Source: a virus. From it: a stretch of DNA of 64,000 nt. Shown in pieces: positions 39,401-50,092 of the stretch (position 1 is its first letter; every line of letters starts with the position of its first letter). The stretch is taken from the IMG/VR virus record IMGVR_UViG_3300045988_102364; one strand, 5' to 3'. Under the pieces are notes generated by a model. The model saw only the letters and a program-made list of their open reading frames with translations, was not told where the DNA came from and did no database searches. Made by a program: the position numbers and the translations under genes.

Positions 39401-42400
39401 TCTCCACCTATGTTAAGGAAATACCTTTTAGTCCCATTAGCGTTCGTTTCAGAACTTATTTGAATAGGAACCAATGATTTTATTGAAGATATAAATTTAT
39501 CGGCTCTAAGACCTGCAATTTCATACCTTTCATTGCCGTCATTGGAGATTCTTCTTACCATCAACGTCTCTGGATTCTGGGCACTATCTATGTTGGCTCC
39601 AAGCGTATTATCGGATTCATCTAACTCATTTACAAGAGAATCTATATTGGTATCATCCTCCCCAAAATTACTTAACGTAGATTCGGAAATACGACCTTTA
39701 TCAATAATCCTGTTTTGTTCGATATAAGGAAGGAGATCTGTGATGTTTCCAACCTGGCCAAGATCTTCTATGGTAAATACCGAATCAGCAAGCTTATCTT
39801 CGTCAACTTTCTCCCCTTTGTCCCGTCTGTTCATTATATCCACATACGAAGAAATAGCATCATCAAGTTCCTGCCTTTGATCTGGTTCCAAATTTGATTT
39901 AGCCATATCAATAATAGCTTTATTTTCCTCATATACTGATCTCGGACTTGTAAGTCTGTCAGCCTTTTCAGATAATGATTTTATGAGATTAATAGGGCTG
40001 TCACCTAAAGACGACACATAATCATCAAAATCTTGTTTGTATTTATCATACACATCTTTTTCTCTCGCAGTAAGAAGATCAGCATTCCCTGTATATAATT
40101 TATCAATTATAGACTGCCTTACTACCGGAACCATAATAGGATTATCCATAGCAGCCTCATAATCTTCATCTGATACAGACTCCGTAAGCGGTGACTCTTT
40201 TATATTATCTTCCGCTTCCTTCATCCTATCTTCTCTTACTTTATCAAGAGCATGCATAAATGCTTTGATAGTCCAAGCTTCGTCTTCCGAAATCTTACCT
40301 TCTAACACAGCTTGATCCACTACCTCATCAGTGTCATATTCACCGACTTTATTAGGCTCTGCAAAATCAGGAACCTTGTCATCCCCCTTATAAGGAGTAG
40401 ACCATAGAGAAGACAGCGCTTTTGAAAATCCCCTGTTTTCCTCAGCTAAGAATCTTTTATCAAGCATCTTAGACAAGAAGTTATTCATATTCCTATAGTC
40501 CATCAAACTCCTACGGTATTCATTTACCAAGGATCTCATGGCTTTGTCTTTGGCTGTAAACTTCTTTTCCTGTCTTGATTTTACATTAAAATAATCATCA
40601 AAAGCCACAAGAGTATCATAGGCTTCTATTACATCTTGTGAACTTATGGGAGAAAGAGGAGATGATAAAACAGATTCGGTTTTACTTACCAACTCTTCTA
40701 TCGAAAACTCTTTTCCTATTAACGTTGATAACTCAGACAACGAATTATTGTAATTGGTTCTAAGATCTTCCAATTCTTTGGTTTTTCGTTGTATGGACTC
40801 AGCTTGTGGGTCTTTTCCATCTACGTTACGAGGACGGGTGGCAAGATCTTCTATTTCGGATTCAAGTTCTTCTATTCTTGACCGTATGCCACGAATATCC
40901 ATAGCCCGCTCCCTCGCCCTGCCCGACAGCCGGGAAAACGTACTTAGCGCATCTGCCACGCGAGGCTGTCCTGAAAGCGTTTCTATGACAGAAGCTATGT
41001 CTTTCATTCTTGATTCTGATTGAAGACCAAGGAAGGCATTACGAGCCACGTATTTTCTAAATTCAATCTTAGAGTCATCACCTATAAGATCTTCAGCAAA
41101 ACTCTGGGCAGATCTGAAATCAGAAAGACGATTGTTATAATTATCAATAATAGAATCCTTGTATTTCTTTGCCTCTTCCAAAGACATTCCATTAGCTTCG
41201 GCTATTTCTGAAATAGGCATCATATCAATCATCTGCCTGAAATTTTCAGCCGAATCCTCTAAGGTTCCCATTTGGTTGTCAATAGACATCTTTTCAAACA
41301 TAGCATCATCAAGCTCCTTGCCGGTCATAGACTGAGCATCGGAACGAACTTGAGGCCCTAAACTCATTGACTTTTTCAACGTATTCAAAGCCGCCGTATT
41401 AAGATTAGAAGATGCTTTGTTATATTCATTTACTTGCCTTTCCAGCAATATCCGACTATTACTATACTCTTTCACTCCAAAGAAGCCTTCCCTCATACCG
41501 AACAAAGAACCGATAATAGCACCGATTCCTATCTCAGTCCACCCTTCTTTAGATGTATATTGCTTTTTAAATCCTTCAGAAATAGCATCAAGAACATCGA
41601 CGGCTCCGTTCATAGCCACATTGTCATATCTTGACTTAACATATTCTTCAGCCGTATTCTGTACAGCACCTTGAGACCCTTCTTCCCATAAGCCTTCGGA
41701 CACAGGTCTTTTCATGATATTGAAAACATTACCCGCTATCTTCTGCCCTATATTGGGATTAGTTATTTTAATAGCCATCTCTCCCGGCTTCGCAACTTCC
41801 GTCCCTAATCCAAATAAATGCTTATTAAGTTTCTTTTCCAACCCTGGTATAGCCTTGCCTCCTAACCCTATATACTTGCCAAAAAGAAGCCAGTTAGATA
41901 ATCCTACTATACCCATATTGGCAGCAAATATTGCACTACCTACATCAGCATTAGAATTACGAAAAACAGCCATTTCCTCTGCATTGGGATCACGACCATA
42001 AATCTTACGATAATAATCCTTGAAATCAGACTCGGATTGCTTCATAAAAGAATTTGCTTCAACCGATGACTCGAATCCGGCACTGGTAGCCAACAACGTC
42101 ATGGTCTTAGCCGCCTCCCCTACATTTCTTCCGGTAGCAACTCCTTTTCTTACATAGTCGTTAAACACACCTTTAAGGCTTCCTATGCCCCTATTGGCAG
42201 CTTGCCTTGCTGCTAACTTAGCTCCGATTCTTCCACCTAATTTAGCACCTATATTGCCCAATGATCCAACTCCAAGTCCTCCGGTCATGTACGCTGATAT
42301 CATGGCTCCTACGGTAAAAGACATACCATTACCAAGGACATCATTCCATAAGAAATTACCGGTATCCTTAAAAAGCTTCTGACCAAAATTATAATCTTCT

Positions 42401-43053
42401 ACCTCTTTCTTGTAATAATGAGGAAGAAGCATGTCTATTTGCTGGTCAAGATCACCTACAAACTTATCCATGTTAGTGTTTAACGCAGCTTTATAACTTC
42501 CCTCAGATGCCATATTGATAAGTTTGTCAGGCAATGACACAACTCCTTGTGCACCGTACAATGCAGACTTTAAAGCGAATTTGCCTACACCATTCCAAAA
42601 CTTACTCCATCCGCTCTGTCTCCTGGCATAATAATCCTCATTGTTTATACCCGGAATATAGTTGGGATATTTTGTACGCCATACCCCATCATTACCCATC
42701 TGATGACTTTCACGGATACTTACCTTTGGTCCATAGGGATTAAGAGGCGGCGGGGCAGGTGTAGCCCCCCTGTAGCTGTTACGAGCCAGTGCCTCCGAGT
42801 AGCTGTTGCTTATCTCCTTGGCTATATACGGTTCTTCGTATTCGGCAGCAGCTATCCTTGATGCGTAATCCGGAAATTTAGGTTGGGCATACACACCTTC
42901 ACCAGGCATATAATTAGGAACCAGAGGCGTTGTCGTCTCTGGTAGTGTAGCCGGAGTATAATTCTCTTCTTCGGCTAATTTTCTTTGCCTTGCCACATCT
43001 TCGTAAGTGGTTTTAGCAGCAGGATTATATCTATCTATATTATTGTCAGCCAT
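36412..43053 (-). CDS. giant virion protein (2213 aa) with Gly-zipper hydrophobic segments and a Pro/Ala-rich linker
   Basis: GLGVGSLGNIGAKLGGRIGAKLAARQAANRGIGSLKG-type segments; PAPPAQPAPAAQATQ linker; overlaps the downstream gene by 8 nt. Confidence 0.5.
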   Translation of the reverse strand: MADNNIDRYNPAAKTTYEDVARQRKLAEEENYTPATLPETTTPLVPNYMPGEGVYAQPKFPDYASRIAAAEYEEPYIAKEISNSYSEALARNSYRGATPAPPPLNPYGPKVSIRESHQMGNDGVWRTKYPNYIPGINNEDYYARRQSGWSKFWNGVGKFALKSALYGAQGVVSLPDKLINMASEGSYKAALNTNMDKFVGDLDQQIDMLLPHYYKKEVEDYNFGQKLFKDTGNFLWNDVLGNGMSFTVGAMISAYMTGGLGVGSLGNIGAKLGGRIGAKLAARQAANRGIGSLKGVFNDYVRKGVATGRNVGEAAKTMTLLATSAGFESSVEANSFMKQSESDFKDYYRKIYGRDPNAEEMAVFRNSNADVGSAIFAANMGIVGLSNWLLFGKYIGLGGKAIPGLEKKLNKHLFGLGTEVAKPGEMAIKITNPNIGQKIAGNVFNIMKRPVSEGLWEEGSQGAVQNTAEEYVKSRYDNVAMNGAVDVLDAISEGFKKQYTSKEGWTEIGIGAIIGSLFGMREGFFGVKEYSNSRILLERQVNEYNKASSNLNTAALNTLKKSMSLGPQVRSDAQSMTGKELDDAMFEKMSIDNQMGTLEDSAENFRQMIDMMPISEIAEANGMSLEEAKKYKDSIIDNYNNRLSDFRSAQSFAEDLIGDDSKIEFRKYVARNAFLGLQSESRMKDIASVIETLSGQPRVADALSTFSRLSGRARERAMDIRGIRSRIEELESEIEDLATRPRNVDGKDPQAESIQRKTKELEDLRTNYNNSLSELSTLIGKEFSIEELVSKTESVLSSPLSPISSQDVIEAYDTLVAFDDYFNVKSRQEKKFTAKDKAMRSLVNEYRRSLMDYRNMNNFLSKMLDKRFLAEENRGFSKALSSLWSTPYKGDDKVPDFAEPNKVGEYDTDEVVDQAVLEGKISEDEAWTIKAFMHALDKVREDRMKEAEDNIKESPLTESVSDEDYEAAMDNPIMVPVVRQSIIDKLYTGNADLLTAREKDVYDKYKQDFDDYVSSLGDSPINLIKSLSEKADRLTSPRSVYEENKAIIDMAKSNLEPDQRQELDDAISSYVDIMNRRDKGEKVDEDKLADSVFTIEDLGQVGNITDLLPYIEQNRIIDKGRISESTLSNFGEDDTNIDSLVNELDESDNTLGANIDSAQNPETLMVRRISNDGNERYEIAGLRADKFISSIKSLVPIQISSETNANGTKRYFLNIGGETATVIELPYHARWSIDKESARVLNRYTDVSIQDVGNSYSLVYKRLDSDELVPYRTGVGFGENEVDKIDQEALSSLKKGDKVNLEIDANDTYNQSLFAEYNDAVQSGDKKRIESAENKLVSNMVIKVMSGNRFVSVVKADTGGIDGISKIRRTAFNKWKKDAGRSATINVGTHVVAQTLPGRPVFNMRVNGQGYGQVENLPITEKGAEKVSDVGYVLNGKVVLKNGSKYTGFPFAYSILNDKGNNYKNVRVPVVVIKGKNGLNYLFPVSLRSVESEEGKKWISFIDMLLESGDSELLQMGQDDIQDLNAYLTKLGLDPASYQVSYLNPISGLRKAREAIEKLSTVPDVVKWVEDESRSVKDIVTSEVESGIDFEGEMFVAPKIRIQFGKSSSRPKSLIEDDLPFSDDGKTVTSKEDVDVYEEEMPEEGAVRGTRPAPPAQPAPAAQATQSLHGKKRTSRKNFSLMLNEIESHIEKEGLPSYANIFDFIARKIVGGDLRFLRERGNPKSLKEEMGLEPKGTVGDKISTPSSKGGKTLEEYVSWLRSQTDQVVVDYVGPRSDEQIISELKNFLKYINFVPSKALNYSLRVNGMDTLKEYGTKEEVEKMESDINSLVSKVLPTVDNQTIEDVSTAIKSNNLPAIWEPVESLDMTNEEKIEFLNNVADFLSGIPEYDAVVESIESESDNILNDGKEGSAEGGAVRAEEDGDKKGDGEGKGQSRTNVEVERNVELPGSEEGRVDNYRKNGDKFSDIAEVTLWLLRRAAGITSIPEGEEVYVEGDEVNSIMTDMESRYGIDTINHSHTTKAIRDLDGVSGYKVEYGLTFLTYDPFIRISNPRKESKAAKDEPRISEEPLTHISRVTTPYFLYGGDEAYTSVPAKVEPIPEKIMGRNGIKFGMSVVELTKLGYKKAGGNWIYKFYMNSGVYDLYNISTGEAFRAKPDLGVKISSSAFIRSLFQSGRKIQNMISNMSQEEIDRNKNLVEGSDNSDSINELNKEC

Positions 43054-46000
43054 AAATTTTCTGCAAAAAATCGTTCAACTTACTAAACTTGTCATTCATG
43101 TTGGGCGTGATATTTATTCCTCTCATATACGGATCCCTCATCTGATCAAGACGTTCTTGAACAGCTTCCTTCACGTATTTTACAAAGAAGTACTGAGGAC
43201 ACTTCTGGTGAATGTTATTCCAGTAATCCGCATACTCATCATTACCTGGATCCAAAGGAACAAAATCCGAGAACAACAATGCAGGATTTTTAGAATTTTT
43301 AGTCCTTTTGTCATAGAAATTGACCGCTACCTCTCTTGAACCCCTATCGTCCATTCCCTCCAACTGAACTGATATATTATCAGACATGTCAATAAAATTA
43401 TCAACAAGGGTTTTAACAACATTCATTTCTTCTGGCTTAAGGTAAGAACCATGAACCTTTACTATATCATAAAGATCATTCTTAACATCAGCCTTAGAAG
43501 CCAAACGGGGAAGGCCATTACGTATAAGATACTTATCATAAGAATAACCTTCCTTCTTTCCTGTATCTACAAAATCACAGGTTCCAAAACTTGATTTGTA
43601 ACCATCCACCGGATAATTACGCTCCTCGACCGAAGGATCTATACCTGCCTTAAGAAGTTCATCATTCGTAATCTCAACCCTTTCTGTAACATAAGAATTT
43701 TTACCGGAACCTACTTGAGCAGTCAAGAATCTTCTAACGGTGCCATTATCTATCTCGGCATCCATATTAATGGCATTAATAGCAGTAGGATCCAGATTAT
43801 TTACCTTTCCTGCCATGTAACCAGACAATCTTCTAAACTGAGCCTTCTGCAAAGACTTTTCCGGTGAATCGGCATTCCAATTGTATCTTTTGTAAGAATC
43901 AAGGTAATGATACTGAGATAATTTATCAGAAATCTGATCAGGAGATACAGACATTTTTATCTCATCCTGCATCTGACCCGCTATCATATCAGATACCCTA
44001 CTATTTTTCTCAGCATATCTTAGCTGGGTAATAGTCAATGGCTCCCCTTCCTGATAATCTTTTAGATCTATATCACCGTCCTTATCTATGGTCATATAAT
44101 CAGATATATTAAAATCAGGATCGCCATTCAGTTTCTTCATTCCATTAATAAGAGCCAACGTACCAGTAGAAGAACCATTATCCTCGCTTGTAATAGCATC
44201 AGATATGTTTTTCCCTAACTTGCCGGCACTCGCCTTAGCTCCTAATGACGGAGATATAGCACTAAGAATATCTATGCCTCTTGAAGGGTCCATCATGTAC
44301 TCTCTAAACCCTACGGCATCAGATACACCAGTTGTTATAGCTGTAGCGAGCAGGAAAGCTCCAGCCTTATCATCTGTATCGGTAAGATTTATAAAAGAAT
44401 TTCCTTTCATAAGCTTAGCATTACGAACTTTCCTGATAATATCCTTATTTTTTTCAGTAACTATATTATCTATTTGATAATCAGTTATGTCATTTATAGC
44501 TTTTGTGGCTCCATTTGCCTTAGAATCAGAAAGAAGTAAAGCATCATAAGCTTCAGATAATCTGTTATTGCCTTGTCCGAAATATCCGTTTTTCTGACCT
44601 CCATTATTTTTTAAATAAAAATATATCCGTTCTTCAGGAGTCATATTAGCATACAAACCAGGATCAGACTTTTCTTCTTCGTATGATGCTGCAATGATAT
44701 TGCTTCTATCTGTAGGAGATAATGAATTATATAATTTCAATAAATTTGCTCTACGCTCCGTGGAAGAGGATGTGAGTTGTTCATAAGGGATATTAGCCAA
44801 ATTAATAGACCCAATCTTACCCGTTCCGGAATTGATAGCCGTAGGCCCGTCCATAAGAGCCATCGGCACTCCTACACCGCCTGCTCCTCTTGTGCCTCCG
44901 GATGAGCTTTCAGTACCCATCTTGGAACCGTAAGTACGCATGTATTCGGTTTCAATCTTAGCCTGAGCAAGTTGCTCTTTTGCCAACGATATTTCAACCA
45001 TAGACTTAGCATTGTCAGTCAAAAACTTTTGCTGAGCCCTATCCTCTGCCAACCTTGCAAAATAAAGATCATCTTTCTTCCTTTCAAAACTTGTATTGTC
45101 GTATCTCCATGCATCAGTCATCTTATCGAAAAGATTATTGGTAACAACAAAATTAGCGGCCGCTACCGGATCCGACGAAGCTATTATCATATCTGCCTCC
45201 CTCTTGGCTTCTGCTTTCTGATTTTTAGCTTCCTGTATCTGACTATCAATACGATCAATAATATCCTTATTATCCCCTACTGATTTCTTTTTCGCTTCCA
45301 ATGCTCCTATGTGTCTATCGTATCTTTCGACATAAGACCCAATATATTGACTAACCAAATCCGGATTACTGAACACCGGATTGGTGGCTGCCATATATGA
45401 TGCTTCTATTCTCATCTGATTCCTCATGTTTTCAGATAAGTTAGCAGACACAAAATTCCTTATCTGGGAATCAGTAAGCTCATCTACGTTGACTTCTATG
45501 ATTCCACCAGTAGGATTACCTTTAACATCATATTCTGTTGTCTGAATCTTCTTGCCTTCATTATTTTTCCTAAAGTCACTGACCAGCTTATTTATCTCCT
45601 TAGTATAATCGACATAAGGAGAATAATGAAGACCTCCTAACCTTGATCCAGCTTTACCATCTGACCTCCATTTGTAATAAGGATCCAAAGCATGCCATTC
45701 ATTAATAGGGGAATAAAGTTCAGGATGATTCTGTTTTATAGATTCTATTTCCTTCATAACCCTCTTGCCTTCTTTTGTGCCGGCAATAGCGTTAATGACC
45801 GTATCATCCAACACCGAGCTAATCTCTCCTTGTATGGCTCTTGTAACACCATCAGAAGAAAGATCCACGCCTTTGAATTTTTGATTGATGTTAGCAATCA
45901 CACCTGACATCTTATCTTCCATATAAGCGCGGGCTTCAGGCTTATCTATCTCTTGACCCATAAGATAATCTACCTGGGTATAGATCTTTTCACGAGCAGC

Positions 46001-46105
46001 ATCAACCTTCTGCTGTTTGTACATCATAACGTCCTTAACAAGATCTATGTTGTAAGGACTAACATACGGGGCATATTGCCTTAAAATACTATACTGTGAA
46101 GCCAC
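43046..46105 (-). CDS. large virion protein (1019 aa)
   Basis: ORF translationally coupled within the giant-gene operon. Confidence 0.45.
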   Translation of the reverse strand: MASQYSILRQYAPYVSPYNIDLVKDVMMYKQQKVDAAREKIYTQVDYLMGQEIDKPEARAYMEDKMSGVIANINQKFKGVDLSSDGVTRAIQGEISSVLDDTVINAIAGTKEGKRVMKEIESIKQNHPELYSPINEWHALDPYYKWRSDGKAGSRLGGLHYSPYVDYTKEINKLVSDFRKNNEGKKIQTTEYDVKGNPTGGIIEVNVDELTDSQIRNFVSANLSENMRNQMRIEASYMAATNPVFSNPDLVSQYIGSYVERYDRHIGALEAKKKSVGDNKDIIDRIDSQIQEAKNQKAEAKREADMIIASSDPVAAANFVVTNNLFDKMTDAWRYDNTSFERKKDDLYFARLAEDRAQQKFLTDNAKSMVEISLAKEQLAQAKIETEYMRTYGSKMGTESSSGGTRGAGGVGVPMALMDGPTAINSGTGKIGSINLANIPYEQLTSSSTERRANLLKLYNSLSPTDRSNIIAASYEEEKSDPGLYANMTPEERIYFYLKNNGGQKNGYFGQGNNRLSEAYDALLLSDSKANGATKAINDITDYQIDNIVTEKNKDIIRKVRNAKLMKGNSFINLTDTDDKAGAFLLATAITTGVSDAVGFREYMMDPSRGIDILSAISPSLGAKASAGKLGKNISDAITSEDNGSSTGTLALINGMKKLNGDPDFNISDYMTIDKDGDIDLKDYQEGEPLTITQLRYAEKNSRVSDMIAGQMQDEIKMSVSPDQISDKLSQYHYLDSYKRYNWNADSPEKSLQKAQFRRLSGYMAGKVNNLDPTAINAINMDAEIDNGTVRRFLTAQVGSGKNSYVTERVEITNDELLKAGIDPSVEERNYPVDGYKSSFGTCDFVDTGKKEGYSYDKYLIRNGLPRLASKADVKNDLYDIVKVHGSYLKPEEMNVVKTLVDNFIDMSDNISVQLEGMDDRGSREVAVNFYDKRTKNSKNPALLFSDFVPLDPGNDEYADYWNNIHQKCPQYFFVKYVKEAVQERLDQMRDPYMRGINITPNMNDKFSKLNDFLQKIYG

Positions 46106-48960
46106 TATTTGGTCCTCCTTCTTCTTTTAGTTTCATCATCTTCTTCATTTAAACTTCTCAAGTAAGGTGTGGAATAATCACCCATATTCATCACATCCTG
46201 ATTACCTTGAACGTAAATAATTTGACCACTTGGAAGCATTCTCATATTAGGAGCTATGGAAGCTATGGTATTTAATGAAGTTCGAACATTAAACTTATTC
46301 TGTATCTCGCTGTTTATACTGTCATAATAACGAGCAAGATTTTCATCCCTTATAGCCATAGCCTTCAACAATCCGGATTCATAACGTTGCCTTTCCGCTA
46401 TGTTCTTATCATCTGTTTGAACATAAGCCATTTCATTGAATCTATCAGCTTCGTTTATTTGCCTTGCGTTATTGAAATTTACTTCGTTAATGTACTTGGC
46501 TATATTGCTTCCGGCTATGGCGTTCATATTAGCCAGAATAGCAGAGCGCTGGGAGTCGGGCACGTCACCTACTGCGTCCAACTGAGCCGATGTCGCGCGG
46601 TTGAGCTCGTTGATATACTGATCAGCAGATTGCAGAACCGGATCTATTCTCGGAGCCTGATGCCTTTCCAATCCCTCTATCTCCAAGCCTGTATCGAGCG
46701 TTCTCAGCATCTCCGGGAAGATAGGACCGAACGCCGCCGGTCTGCCCTGTCCTTTAGGTCCGTTGTCTTCAACCACCTCCTCTGTATCGGTGTCGGTTGC
46801 AGTCGTAGGCGTACTTGCTTTCGGTTTTACCTCTATCCTTCCAGGAGATCCAATCTTAGGCGGTGTAAGGCCTGGTGCTATGGGACCGGCCTCAATAGGC
46901 TTCATTTCTGGTTTAACAGACTCAAGAACGAAGTCTATTTCCGGCATTAACCCACTATCTCTTAAAGCAACAAACTTATTATAATCGGAGCCCAGAATCT
47001 TCTTAGCGGCATCAGATTTATCACCAAATAAGTCAACATAATTCTTTATTCCTTTTTCGTTTAACAATCTTTTTTGCTCTGCCGAAACAACGTCCAACCC
47101 ATAATAAGAACGAGTAGCTGTTGTCTGACCAAACTTATCATCTACGGCAAATGAATTATAAGCCTGATTCCCTCCGTAGCTTCCGGCGTCCTGGCCCCAG
47201 AATCCGTATTCATCTCTGAATTTCTTGGCTGCATCAGCATTCGTAATAGCGCCTACATCAGCTAACGCCCACAATGCATTTAATTGCCTGTTGTATCCTT
47301 TCTGGAAACCTTCTGTATCAAAATCACCATCCGTATTGTACTTGTTAGCCCATCGGTTTACGTCGAGCAAATTAGATACCGCCTTATCATTTACCCTGCC
47401 GTATCCTAAATTGCTTCTATGTTGGAGATTCTGGTTGGCATTGACACTGGAATCAGGATTAAGAATCTGCTCACGACCACTAACATCAGATACAGTCATA
47501 TTAAGAGTTCGTCCAAATAACTGATTGATAAGCTTATTGTAGCCGATAGCATTCTTTCTAAGCTCCTCCAGCTCCTTCTGAGTAGGTCCACCTTCAGCCA
47601 TTTTTCTGGTTTGCTTAACATACTCGTCATATATCCAGTTCTTAGCATCTGATTCTGCAATATTAAAAGCCTTAGCTTGTTTCTTTACCTGATTCAGATC
47701 AACAACCCCGCCATCCCTGAAAAAAGCATCCATCTTCTCGTTACGCTTAGATTCTTCCTGTTTGCCATAAACGATTTCAGCGAAAGAACGAAATTGTGCT
47801 TCAAGCTCGTCTATCTCTTTCTGGTTTTCATTGACGTACTTGGAAAGAATAGAAGCATTAAGATTAGATGTGTTTTTGTCTTTTACATCTTCATTTTTCT
47901 CTAATCTCTTATATACACGCTCCTGATCTTCGTACTTATCAGACAAACCAATCTTCTTCTTATATCGATCAAGGAGTGTAGCATACGTATCTTTTGACGT
48001 TGCCTTAATACCATAATTTTCTCTAACGTAAGAGGCAAACTCATCATCTATCTTACGATAATCGGAAACAATATAAGCCTCTGGCAAATCAACCGGAGTG
48101 CCACCATTTTCATGTCTGTTTCCTTTGGCTTCCATAGGCCCTACGGAGTCAGGAGTCAGCACGTACTCGCCTTTCTCTATCTCTACATTCGCAGCATCTT
48201 CCATAGACTTGGGAAGAGGATAAATATATTCGCCGGTCATATCAGACGTATCCATCTTCTGACCGTTACCTAAATTCACACCACCACCTTCACGTTCCCA
48301 CTTGATGAATTGCTGACGACGCTCCTTGGCAAGTTTTTCCCTCGCTGCCTGCTCGTCTCTGCTGGCTGCATACGCAGCAGATGAAGCTCCCATGATATTA
48401 CGGGTAAGACCTAATCCTAAACTAACACCAGACAAGGCAGCTTGAGCCACATTAGCACCGACCTTATTACCGGCTCTTATCCGACCAAGACTTGCACCGA
48501 ACATTTGAGCTCTGCCGGTTAGATCGGGTGAATAATATGGGGTAGTCATAGGATCAAGAGGATTACCATCTTGGGAACGTTTTTCTTTAGAGGAATCAGA
48601 ATCAACACCACCTACATTCATTGCATTATCAACGACTGATTTCTCTACGTTTTTAACCATGCCCCTATTATCAGCGAGATATCCTGCATACACTGCATCA
48701 TTGTTTTCAAAAAACGGATCGGATGTAGGCATACTACTAAATGGATTTATCTCCCCCTCCTCTGTTTCTAAAGTCACATCAGAAGGCATATATATATTCT
48801 GAATATCAGATTCACCCCATTTATTAACAGGCGTTCCATAATCAAGAATAGGCTGAGTAGAGGATACATTAATATCCTGTTTCTTATCCTGAACACTACC
48901 GCCAGGAGCGAATATCGGACGATTTTTTATGATTCGTAATTTCATACTATCTTTTTTCAC
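46105..48960 (-). CDS. large virion protein (951 aa)
   Basis: Stop/start overlap with the downstream gene. Confidence 0.45.
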   Translation of the reverse strand: MKKDSMKLRIIKNRPIFAPGGSVQDKKQDINVSSTQPILDYGTPVNKWGESDIQNIYMPSDVTLETEEGEINPFSSMPTSDPFFENNDAVYAGYLADNRGMVKNVEKSVVDNAMNVGGVDSDSSKEKRSQDGNPLDPMTTPYYSPDLTGRAQMFGASLGRIRAGNKVGANVAQAALSGVSLGLGLTRNIMGASSAAYAASRDEQAAREKLAKERRQQFIKWEREGGGVNLGNGQKMDTSDMTGEYIYPLPKSMEDAANVEIEKGEYVLTPDSVGPMEAKGNRHENGGTPVDLPEAYIVSDYRKIDDEFASYVRENYGIKATSKDTYATLLDRYKKKIGLSDKYEDQERVYKRLEKNEDVKDKNTSNLNASILSKYVNENQKEIDELEAQFRSFAEIVYGKQEESKRNEKMDAFFRDGGVVDLNQVKKQAKAFNIAESDAKNWIYDEYVKQTRKMAEGGPTQKELEELRKNAIGYNKLINQLFGRTLNMTVSDVSGREQILNPDSSVNANQNLQHRSNLGYGRVNDKAVSNLLDVNRWANKYNTDGDFDTEGFQKGYNRQLNALWALADVGAITNADAAKKFRDEYGFWGQDAGSYGGNQAYNSFAVDDKFGQTTATRSYYGLDVVSAEQKRLLNEKGIKNYVDLFGDKSDAAKKILGSDYNKFVALRDSGLMPEIDFVLESVKPEMKPIEAGPIAPGLTPPKIGSPGRIEVKPKASTPTTATDTDTEEVVEDNGPKGQGRPAAFGPIFPEMLRTLDTGLEIEGLERHQAPRIDPVLQSADQYINELNRATSAQLDAVGDVPDSQRSAILANMNAIAGSNIAKYINEVNFNNARQINEADRFNEMAYVQTDDKNIAERQRYESGLLKAMAIRDENLARYYDSINSEIQNKFNVRTSLNTIASIAPNMRMLPSGQIIYVQGNQDVMNMGDYSTPYLRSLNEEDDETKRRRRTK

Positions 48961-49013
48961 AAAGATAAGAGAAACGAACGAGAAAATCCAACGTTATGGG
49001 ATACGTTTAAAAA

Positions 49014-50033
49014 TCAATCATGTACGGCAGACAAACCACCCGAATCAGGGTCGTACTTAAGACCGCATGCCCAGCGATAGTCCTTAAGCGCTCTCTTGTA
49101 CAAAAACAGCACTGTCTTGGAAACTATTTTCTTCATAGATTTGGTTAAAACCTCTTCTGTTGAAACAGACATCAGACAGCTATTCAAGAACGACCTGACA
49201 TTGGAACCGAACAAGGTCTTCACCATTTTTCTAAACGTTCTAAAAAGATATGATGACGAAAGAGCCTTTAATCCATTGCGAGCCAGTCTCTTATTCAAAT
49301 ACGAAACAGCCTTATCAGATAGACATATCCTATTCTTTCCTTCGCTATCTACCTCTGATGAAAACCACGAATATAAAGTGGTAGGATGTTTCTTAAGGTG
49401 ATTGATGAAGGAAGTCATTATCCCTTCTTTTAAAGCCCTTTTGTGAGCTACGCATGCAGCAATCTTCTCTTCTCTTTTTAAAGAGCTATCAAGACACCTA
49501 AACACCGTCCTATCGTCTCCGATGAAATACTGAGGACGTTCTTCCTTGAACTTAGCCCGATAAGCGGCATATCCTTCCTTACGGAGCATATCTATCTGAG
49601 ACCGGATATAGAACCTTACACACTTTTCTTCAGCCTCTTGCACGCTTTTAAGATAAGGAACTGACTTTCTCCCATATCGAAGATAGTCATAAACCATAGC
49701 TTCAATAAAGTCATTATATGGAAAGAATCTCCCAAATCCAAAGTTCCAAACTATGAAACATCGCACTCTATCTTTCCAGTAATCAGATATGAGAAAGTTG
49801 CTACAATATCTCAACCTCCTGTCTTTCTGATAGAAATGATGAGTATGTTTGTCATAAAATAGATTAAAATATCTCAAATTGCCTAAACACTGACCGGCTG
49901 GACGGCGTACTACATTGTACCCTAAGTTGCTGAAGCTATTGTATATAACTTCTATCGGAGAGACCTGCTCTTTCTTGAAGAGCTTGTCGTGTAACTTGTG
50001 AGGATTCATTATTTCAGTTATTTTTGTTTCCAT
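49014..50033 (-). CDS. hypothetical protein, weakly Rep/HUH-like
   Basis: 339 aa, basic; KHTHHFY and YAAYRAK / SYLNKR motifs loosely recall rolling-circle initiator HUH and Tyr motifs; very uncertain. Confidence 0.3.
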   Translation of the reverse strand: METKITEIMNPHKLHDKLFKKEQVSPIEVIYNSFSNLGYNVVRRPAGQCLGNLRYFNLFYDKHTHHFYQKDRRLRYCSNFLISDYWKDRVRCFIVWNFGFGRFFPYNDFIEAMVYDYLRYGRKSVPYLKSVQEAEEKCVRFYIRSQIDMLRKEGYAAYRAKFKEERPQYFIGDDRTVFRCLDSSLKREEKIAACVAHKRALKEGIMTSFINHLKKHPTTLYSWFSSEVDSEGKNRICLSDKAVSYLNKRLARNGLKALSSSYLFRTFRKMVKTLFGSNVRSFLNSCLMSVSTEEVLTKSMKKIVSKTVLFLYKRALKDYRWACGLKYDPDSGGLSAVHD

Positions 50034-50092
50034 ATTGTTTTTGTTGTTTAGTGCAAATATATGATTTTACATAAAAAGAAAAAAATGCACTG

